Source: the human T2T-CHM13v2.0 reference genome, Homo sapiens. Taken from it: 64,000 bases of DNA. The notes under the pieces are model-generated. The model did not search any database and was not told the origin of the DNA. It saw nothing but the letters and a program-made list of their open reading frames with translations. This document shows, piece after piece, positions 51,004 to 64,000 of this stretch. The stretch lies in the NCBI RefSeq assembly GCF_009914755.1, contig NC_060944.1, one strand, 5' to 3'. The position numbers were made by a program, and so were the translations under genes. Each line of letters begins with the position of its first letter. The stretch's first letter is position 1.

Positions 51004-51269
51004 ACCCAGCCTGCTTTCTATTGTTTAAGATGCAGAAATGACGTATGAAAGCGGGGCAGCCACTTTACAGGTTTCCCCAAGCTCCTGCCTCCCCTGAAAT
51101 TTGGCTCCTTTGAGTCCTAATGGTTCTCGGACCCCATGCCCTCAGAAGCCTTCCCTACTTGCTTCAGGCGCCTCCCTTCTGAGGTCACAGCTCTGAGGCC
51201 AGGATCCTCTGTAACCGCCTTCTCCCCACGAGGCAGCCTGATTGCGTGGCCCCTTGAAAGCAATTAAGC

Positions 51270-51400
51270 CTGTGGTTTTCAAACTGTGGTCTCCAGACCA
51301 TCAGCATCACCTGGAAACTCGTTAGAAAGGCACATTCTTGGGCCCACCCCATACCTCTGTGTTAATAAACCCTCCCGCTGATTCTAATGCGTGCTCCAGG
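51270..51400. mobile_element. MER5A-like element
   Basis: GTGGTTTTCAAACTGTGGTC..CAGACCATCAGCATCACCTGG. Confidence 0.7.
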
Positions 51401-52864
51401 CTGAACAAGAAGGTCCTCAGTGAAGGAATCAATTCTGCCGAACTACCGCTTGGGGACAGCACAGGACCACAAGGTAACCATGGCTGATGAAAAGCACCCG
51501 CAAATTGCAAAAGCCTCTCACTGCCCTTCCGGCCTCCAGTGTTGCTGTAAGCCCCCTTCAGTTCTCCCCACATACCCTGCATGACCTCTGGAAACCTCAT
51601 ACCTGATGGTGTCACTGGTTCAGAATTCTTCAGCAGCTCCCTAGGACATGAAAGGTCCTTCATTTGCTGAGCAGTATCTCCTGCCAGGTGCATCTTGCAC
51701 GGGCTCCTCTCTCTCTGTCTCTGTACGTTCCCTGGGGTCGGACCCACCTGGGTTCGAATTTCAGCCCTGCCATTTACCGTCTGGGCGTGATGTGGGCAAG
51801 ATACATCATTTTGAGCCCCTCATCTATGAAATGGGAGCAGTTAATAAGACTTTTCTCATGGGGCGGTTATGAGAGTCGGAGACCTCATGTATAAAGAGAT
51901 TTTAGCCTAGGATCATGCAAACAGTAGGTGCCTGATATGCAGCAACTCTGCTTCCCCATCTGCACTGCCAAGTGCAAGAGGCAGTTGCCCACAGGCCCAT
52001 CTCCGTGCCGGGTGTAGTAGGTGCTGTCTGAGTCCCACCAATCCTCTGACTTCGTGGCTTCCATCTGCCAGAACCTGTGTGTCTTTGCCTGGGGCTTTCT
52101 CTGGCTGCTGGTATCCACTGTGGTACCAGGGCCATAAATCTCTGTAAATTGGGGATGATAATAATGCCTACCTCATGGCACTGTTGGGAGGCCTTGTTAG
52201 TACCCTGCGTAGAAGGGGGCCTCAGATGTTGGGGTGCTGTTGGGGTGCTGTCTCTGTAACTCGCCTACCCACAGGAGTAGCCGTATCAGGAATACTGGGC
52301 AGTAGATGAAAGACGTGGGCCTGGCTCACATGGTGGCTCTCTGCTCTGCCACCCAGGCCGGCACCTGAGACGCCTGAATTGATGTCATAGGATGTAAGAG
52401 GACACCAGGAGCCTGGGGCTGCCAGTAACCCTGGCACCTTGGCAGGGCAGTGAGTTCTTCATAGCCTCTGAGAACCTGGACCATCTCAAGCTGGGGACCT
52501 GGAGGTGACTCAGCCCCTCAGCCTGCAGCCTGCAGGGCCAGAGGGACCTGCACTTTCCTGGGTGGGTGGGTGAGGGGCATAGACCTTGTCCAAAGTCACT
52601 GTCATCAGGACCCCACTCTTTCTTGTGGTTGCTTCCTGGGGGTTTCTCTGCCCTTTATCTTCATGTTCTGTGTGGGGCTAATCTGGCCCTTGGATGCAGT
52701 AGGCATTTATCTATGTGACTTGATGTAAGGGGCTCCAAAAATGCCCCCCGCCCAACCAGCCTAAATATCTCCCTGCCAGACTGTCATACTGTCTATGCAT
52801 GAAACCCCTGGCTTCAGCATTGCCCTCTCCCATTTCCTCGTATTGAAATAGGTGGCAAGCTGCA

Positions 52865-53020
52865 GTCAGGACTGGCAAAGAGCCCTGTGCAAAATGAAAA
52901 TGGAGGGCTCCTCGTCCAAAAGTTAGGAAGAATTTCAAGGCAACAACAGAAGAGAATTCAACTAAGCACGGGGCCCTGCACTGCTGCACAGGCTGTGCAC
53001 TCTTGAAGCCAGCTCTGCCT
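52865..53020. mobile_element. MER45-like hAT element
   Basis: GTGCAAAATGAAAATG.AGGGC...CTAAGCACGGGGCCC. Confidence 0.6.
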
Positions 53021-53459
53021 GCAGCCTGAGCTCTTAGCGAGACAGGATCACCTCCTTTCCTTGCACCAGTGAGGAGCCCTGGAGCTGCCCAGATCAAGGA
53101 CACAAAGACAAAACGAGCCTCTTTACTCAGCTCAGGACAATTGTTGTTTTCGGAGATGGGTGAAGCTCAGGGCCCTCTGTCCAGCTGGCCTAACTTCAGG
53201 GCCTCCTGAAATTCCTCTGGGTTCTCCAGGCCCCTGGAGTCCTGGCAGTTGATGGGGCATTTTCTGCCTATGGCCTGGCTGGCCCTGAGCTTGTCCTTAC
53301 TCTATTGCAGTGTTTGCCTTGCCTGCTGAGGGACTCGCTCTGGCATGTGGGCCTGATCCTGAGGGGTCCTTTTCCTGTTTCCTGAACAACCACCAGATCT
53401 TTGGATTTAGCTCCTAGCAGCCCCAGGAGCACCCCCAGACAGACTTCCCGTGCTTGGGG

Positions 53460-53915
53460 CTGTTCTAGGCTCTCCAGATCCACTGTCTTCTCCATCGCCC
53501 TGTGCCCCACAAGGCTGAGCTGGGTGGCTGCCTCTGTGGGCTACCTGTGCTTTTGCTTCTGGTTGGGTATGACCAATGGAAGAGAGGGAGGAGTGAGAGA
53601 GGTGGGCATTTACCCGCCAGCTCCCTCCTGGGGCTGCTGTAGCCTGGCTGTGTCCCTGCCCCAGGTGCCAGCTGCTTGTCAGGCAGCTCTCCCCGCTCAG
53701 CCCTTTCTGCCTCTGGGTTCTAACCCTCCCCGCTGGCAGCTCCCTCCCCTTGGACCGCCAGGCCTTGGGTGGTCACAGATTCCAGCTGTCACTACTGTTC
53801 CCTCCCTTGAGATCTCCCAATACCCTGACCATCCTTTGTGAATGGTTCCTTTATTAAACTCTCCCACAATTATCCGAATTTGAATTTGTAACTATTTCCT
53901 TCCGGGTCCCTGACT
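53460..53915 (+). mobile_element. LTR33-like ERVL LTR
   Basis: CCCTGTGCCCCACAAGGCTGA..; CCTTTATTAAACTCTCC...TTCCTTCCGGGTCCCTGACTG. Confidence 0.6.
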
Positions 53916-54240
53916 GGTAGAAAGATCTTTGCTCTATGTTGTACCCCTGATCTATCTTTGTAGCTCTCAATCCCTTGGGACAGCCGGGTCAGGGACCAGA
54001 TGTCCAGGAACTCAGGCCAGAGCCCACTCCCAATCTCCTTGGAGAACACCACAGAAGAAGTGGGGACCCTCCCCCAGGCCCCCCAAACACACCCACCGGG
54101 TACTCCATCCTCAGGGAATTGGGCACCAGGGGCCTACACATTGTGTCTTTTTCTCCTTCAGCTTCGGGGCTTGATGGAGGTAAGACAGTCAGCCAGAGAG
54201 GCTCTCAGCCAGAGAGGCTCATCCCCACACAGGCCCCCGG

Positions 54241-54361
54241 TGACCAGGTAACTAGGTAACCAGACAAGTATACAATTAGACAACTAGGCAACCAGATAAC
54301 CAGACGACAGGCAACCAAACAACTAGATAACCAGGCAACCAGGCAAGCCGACAAGTAGGCA
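54241..54361. repeat. Degenerate 8-bp tandem repeat (consensus YAACCAGR) x~15
   Basis: taactagg taaccaga caagtata caattaga caactagg caaccaga taaccaga... Confidence 0.8.
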
Positions 54362-54462
54362 GCATTCTCTGAGGGGGACATCCGCTGGCTCTGCTGGTCA
54401 ACCTTCCCTCTATCTTTTCCTGGCAGCAGATTTTCCCTTAGGGAGCTTGTCCTCCTTCCCTA

Positions 54463-55554
54463 CTCAGGGGAGGCACCTGTGACCTCTGCCTAAGCCAGTC
54501 AGCCAGTCAGGCTTACCCAAAGCTGATTCTGGAACTTGACTAACCTAGAAGAGGCTGTTTCTTGCTGGACCTGCAGAGAGGAAGTGAGGTCTGAAGCTGT
54601 GCCACCCTTTTAAATCTAAGACAGGAGCCAACCTGAAAGAGGCAAGGCTGGGAGATGGGGAGACATCATTTGAGCCTTGATTGAACCATTCCTGAAGCTG
54701 CTGCCTTGGCGCCTTTAAGTTTTATGAACCAGTGAATTCTCTTTTTGCTGAAGCCACTTCACGCAGTGTTCCTTTCTTTGCAAAAGGAAGAACCCTGGCT
54801 GGGATGAGAGTCCCTGAAACTTTGCTCCACTGACCTGCTGCTAGGAGTGAGGCCCCTCCCTGCTTGTGGTAGTCTTCCTGGAGCACCACCCAGGGCATTG
54901 GTCAGGAGGCTTGGGCTCAAATCTGGGACTGCTTTTAATGAGTTGTGTCAATGGACATGTCCCTTCAGCTCTCGGGGCCTTGGGCTTCTCACAAATAGCC
55001 ATGCCTTTCTGCCCTACTTTAGCTGTGAATGGGGCTGAATGTTAGTACCATTTCCTGGGAGCCGTTGGTGTGGTATGGAGGTCAGGAACATGGCTGACTC
55101 AAATCTGGCTTTCAGAGTCTGATAACCGATTGCTCCAGGGTGTGTAGCCAGGGCTTTCCTGCTGCTCTCTTCTTCATTTGGGGAAGTCTCTGGCTCCCAG
55201 CCAGGGTCAGAGCCCAATGCTGTGGCAGCTAAGCCTTCTTCTCCATTCCTGGCTTGCTCACGGGAGGCACCTGTGACCTCCACCTAAGCCAATCAGCCAG
55301 TTAGGCTTACCCAAAACTAATTCTGGAACTTGACTAACCTAGAAAAGGCTGTTTCTTGCTGGACCTGCAGAGAGGAAGTGAGGTCTGGAGCTGCGCCACC
55401 CTTTCAAATCTGGGACAGGAGCCAACCTGAAAGAGGCAAGGCTGGGAGATGGAGAGACATTATTTGAGCCTCGATCGAACCATTCCTGAAGCTGCTGCCT
55501 TGGAGCCTTTAAGTTTTATGAACCAATGAATTCCCTTTTTGCTTAAGCCAGTTC
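54463..55554 (+). repeat. 298-bp direct repeat pair (54463-54760 / 55257-55554), old MLT1-like LTR sequence
   Basis: Ungapped alignment, offset 794, roughly 90% or higher identity by eye. Confidence 0.95.
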
Positions 55555-55699
55555 TTTATTTCTTTGGGCCCTATCTCTGCCTCAAATCAGTGTACAGGAG
55601 GCTTCAGCACATCATTTTAACAATGATTTTATCAGGAAATTCCCATCTGTGCTCATAACTCAGCCTTTAATTGGTGGAAATTACCGGTCCCATATGCTT

Positions 55700-55892
55700 A
55701 GAGCTGTGGTTTTCAAAATGTGAGCTCCAGACCAACAGAACCAGCAATTACTTGGGAACTGGTTAGAAATGCAAATTTTCGGGCCGCATTCTATACCTGC
55801 TGAATCAGAAACTCTCGGGGTGCCCCCAGCAATGTGTGGTTTAAGAAGTCTGCCGGGTGATTCTGATTCTCACTCAAGTGTGCGAACCACCT
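55700..55892. mobile_element. MER5A
   Basis: GTGGTTTTCAAAATGTG..TTAGAAATGCAAATT..GAATCAGAAACTCT..GAACCAC. Confidence 0.8.
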
Positions 55893-56658
55893 GCTTGGAG
55901 CTTTTGCTGGTTCAAAAGGTGCACATAGAGGACGATCTGGCACTGCCTGGATCTCCTTTGGCTGCAGATGAGCTGTTCCCCAGCAGCAGCGAATGAGTAT
56001 TTGCTGCTAACGGCTTCCAGCTGTTCCTTCTCCCTGCACTAAATCTGCCTTCCACGGGCCATGGCCAGTGCCTGATGGGCATGGGGGTATACCAGGCTGG
56101 TCTCTTTGTCCAGTGGACCAGAGAGGGACACTCCAATGTGAATTACTTTCTAGCCCCTCTGTGAATTAGGCCAGAGCTAGACTTTAAATGCTCAAGTCAC
56201 TGCTTCTTCCAAACGCCTAGCTGTTTTTGGGACCACAGGTGTGAGTTACCGTACAACACCCTGGTGAAAAAAAAAGTCACTTGGCTTTGCAAAATTAAAA
56301 TAAGTGTGCTTGATTGCTTGATTATCCTCCTCTGCAGGCTGGTTTTAAAGTCAACCAGGAGAGCCTCTGACTGTCATCTGGTTTGCAGGTCCTGGTGGCC
56401 ATCAGCTGTGATTGGGTCATTCTCCTCTTTGTATCAAAGAATCAACACTTCCACCCCTTGGCCCAGACCTCACAGGGACATGTTTCATGGTAGCCTAAGA
56501 GATACAAAAAACTTGTCAACTGCTTTCTTCCTCTGACCGCCCTTCCTGAGAAGGGAGAAGGGAAAAATATTTACTTTTTGTTCTCAATTATCAAAGAGAA
56601 AGGCAAGATGCCAGTTACTTTCCCAGTTAATTTCTGAGGGGTAACAGAAAGTTTGGCG

Positions 56659-56943
56659 AGTGTGTTTGTGTGACTGTGTGTTTGTGTGTGTGGCTGTATG
56701 TTGGGTGTTGGGGTGTGTTTGCTTGTTTGTATGTGTTTGTGTGTCTGTGTGTGTGCAGATGGATGTGGAAGTGTGTTTGTGTGTTTGTGTGTGTGTAGAT
56801 GGATGTGGAAGTGTGTGTGTCTGTGTGTGTGCAGATGGATGTGGAAGTGTGTGTGTCTGTGTGTGTGCAGATGGATGTGGAAGTGTGTTTGTATGTCTGT
56901 GTGTGTGTGTACAGATGGATGTGGAAGTGTGTTTGCACGTGTG
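56659..56943. repeat. (TG)n-based minisatellite with 5 copies of AGATGGATGTGGAAGTGTGT
   Basis: Core at 56757, 56797, 56833, 56869, 56913. Confidence 0.95.
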
Positions 56944-57489
56944 AGCCTGGGGCTTGGGTTCTGTGACAGCCACAGCAATGGGGCCAGAGCCCCATCACTC
57001 CCCAGAAGATGTCAGCCCCTCCCTCAGTGCCAGGCCTCACAGCTGACACAGCATTCAGCTGCTATCTCTTGGAGCCTGCTGGGGGCACAGATGGTGTCAC
57101 TGAACAGGACAGTGGGATAAACTGTCAGCTCCAGCCACTTCCCTGCTTTGATACTTCAGGGCTCTGAGGTTCTGCAAAAACAATTATCTGGGTAATTATG
57201 GCCCTAAACATACTCTGAAGTCTGGGAGGAAGGAGAAGTAAAAATATAAAAAGACCAGATGGGAATATAGGAAAACATTTACAGCATTAACTTTTTTCCT
57301 GGGGACTGTGATTATGGGTGATTTCTATTTATGTCTTTGTGTTTATTTGCATTTTTGAAATTTTCTACAATGAACACGAATTATGTGTACAATAATTAAA
57401 AATGAAAGCAGAAGAATAATTATAAACATCCCACACCTACTCCTTGAGTGCAAGCTTTCCCTCCCACCCCCAACACCACAGGAAATCGT

Positions 57490-59700
<2,211 letters not shown>

Positions 59701-60051
59701 TAATGCTTTATAACACAGCAAGTCTTACTTTCAACCCTTTCTTCTCCACTCAAGTTCCTGCCACCCATTGGTAACTTTTTATTTATTTCTAGTTTATCCT
59801 TCTAGTGTTTAATTTATGCAAAATTAATGCACATACTCTTTATATCTATATCTATATCTGTATCTGTATCTATATATCTTATTTACCTTTTATTTTTGCA
59901 TAATGGGAAATGTATTATTAATGCTATTTGCACTTTGCATTTTTCACATTGCCATACATCCTAGAAGTCATTCCATGTCAGTGCATAGTGATCATCCTCC
60001 TTCATTTGCACAGCTGTGTAAATGCCGCAGAATTTATTCAACCAGCCCCCT

Positions 60052-60473
60052 TGTGTTAGTTCCTTCTTGCATTGCAATAAAGAAATACCTGAGGCTGGGT
60101 AATTTATAAAGAAAAGATATTTATTTTGGCTTACAGTTCTGAAGGCTGTACAGGAAGCGTGGTGCCGGCATCTGCTTCTGGCGGGGGCCTTGGGGAGCTT
60201 ACGATCATGGCAGAAGGGGAAGGGGGAGGAGGCAGTGTATCACATGGTAAGAGAATAAGCAAGACAACAAGTGGGGAGGTGCCACATCTTATAAACAATC
60301 AGATCTTGGGTGAACTCAGGGTGGGGACTCACTCATCACCATGTGGAAGACACGAAGCCATTCCTGAAGGGCCTTCCCTATGACCCAAACACCTCTCACC
60401 AGGCCCCACCTCCAACACTGGGGATTACGTTTCAATGTGAGATTCGAAGGAGACAAATATCCAAACCATATCA
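60052..60473 (-). mobile_element. MSTA/B LTR with TSD CCCCT
   Basis: TGTGTTAGT..CATTGCAATAAAGAAATACCTGAGGCTGGG...ATCCAAACCATATCA; CCCCT at 60047-60051 / 60474-60478. Confidence 0.9.
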
Positions 60474-61122
60474 CCCCTATAGACAGACATGTGGGTTGTT
60501 TTTGATCATTTGTTATTACAAGTAACTCCACAGTGAAATATCTTACTGTTTTGGATTTGTGGAGGTGTAATTTCAGGGTAGATTCCAAGAAGTGGGATTG
60601 CTGGGTCAAAAGCATTTGTAACTTCTTAGGAAAGCTCTTTTTAAGCCTTGATCTGATCCTGTGACGGTGACTTCCTGTGGCCACAGTTATGACCTCAGAT
60701 TCCCATCCTGCCTGACTTTGACCTTGGCTCCAAGCAGTGTTCTTCACTGAAGCGAGCGTGCACAATCAACCCTGTCTAACAAGGCTATTTCCCTCCATGC
60801 GATGTTCTTCTGGACTGCTTCACCCATCCAGATCAGCCAGATTCCGAGTCAATTGCAAGCCTCATCTCCTTCATGGAGCCTTCCCTAAAATTATCAAATA
60901 ATGTTCTGTTTTGTTATTTAATGTTTCACTCAACATTTCCTGAGTAGAACAACTCAGGGACCACGACCCATTGCTGCTCTCCAGGAGCCTACACTGTGGT
61001 GAGCGCTGCAGGAGGCACAAGGACATGGTGCTCACGGAAGAAGAGGAGAGGTCCTTCCCAAGGCTGTGGGGGGCACAAGAAGGCATTTCAGAGAGGCAGT
61101 TAGGGTGTGAGCTGAGACCTGA

Positions 61123-63562
<2,440 letters not shown>

Positions 63563-64000
63563 GGAAGCGCCCTTTGAAACGGAGTCTCCCATTCTCCATT
63601 GTCCCTCAGGGTCCAGCTAGCGAGGAGGAAAGCTGTGACGGGGTGCAGGAGTGGAGGAGAAACGTGGCAACTGCCGAATAAACACACCAACCAGGGAAGA
63701 CGGCCAAGGCTGGGCCCAGAATATCTGGAATGGAACCCATCTTCCTTTTGCAGCAGGAAGTGGAGTTGGAAGCTGAGTTGACCGTGGAATTTCCGAGCTT
63801 GGAGGATGTTCGTGGTGAATGCTTTTTTATTTATTTATTTTTTCATTCATGAAGACAGAGTTGGAATGAAGTGACCCCCCTCCCCTGAAACACTCCCTCC
63901 CACAGAGGAAGCGCTTAATTTAGCCTTATGTTCCCAGTTAGAAAATATCCCTGAGGTTTGAAGGCTTCTGCTGGGTTGTTTGTCACCCTCCAACATGGCA

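Noticed and set aside
56757-56932. Repeat-spacer pattern resembling a CRISPR array
   Set aside because: Spacers are (TG)n low-complexity sequence, the context is eukaryotic and there are no cas genes

Overview
Primate (almost certainly human) genomic DNA, intergenic or intronic, made mostly of interspersed repeats. No protein-coding gene, RNA gene or CRISPR array is supported. The longer ORFs in the track come from Alu, L1, SVA, ERV or microsatellite sequence, or are chance ORFs. Main landmarks: (i) a full-length young SVA (~41642-44819) with a perfect 16-bp TSD, 42 perfect CCCTCT hexamers and a ~2 kb VNTR with 127/382-bp higher-order structure; (ii) two long decayed L1MC/L1MD-type LINEs in opposite orientation (~15070-23270 minus, ~34300-38990 plus); (iii) an ERVL (LTR47/ERVL47-like) provirus relic with PPT, protease and RT remnants, plus an inverted copy of part of its interior; (iv) ~40 Alus and many MaLR/ERV LTRs and MER DNA transposons. 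Unique-looking sequence holds a near-consensus CTCF site, a TATA-Kozak-splice donor arrangement (candidate first exon), and a GATA/NKX2-5/TBX motif cluster. The most unusual signals are local rearrangement scars: a 107-bp templated insertion inside an Alu, a 298-bp direct duplication, a tail-to-tail Alu fusion, a fold-back in an LTR, a 3'-truncated AluY, a ~21-nt orphan poly(A)/TSD retro-insertion, and an Alu tail converted to ~80 GAA-type triplets. I see no convincing new biological system. Repeat subfamily names come from recognition by eye and need RepeatMasker/Dfam confirmation; boundaries of old elements are approximate. I could not identify the chromosomal locus.
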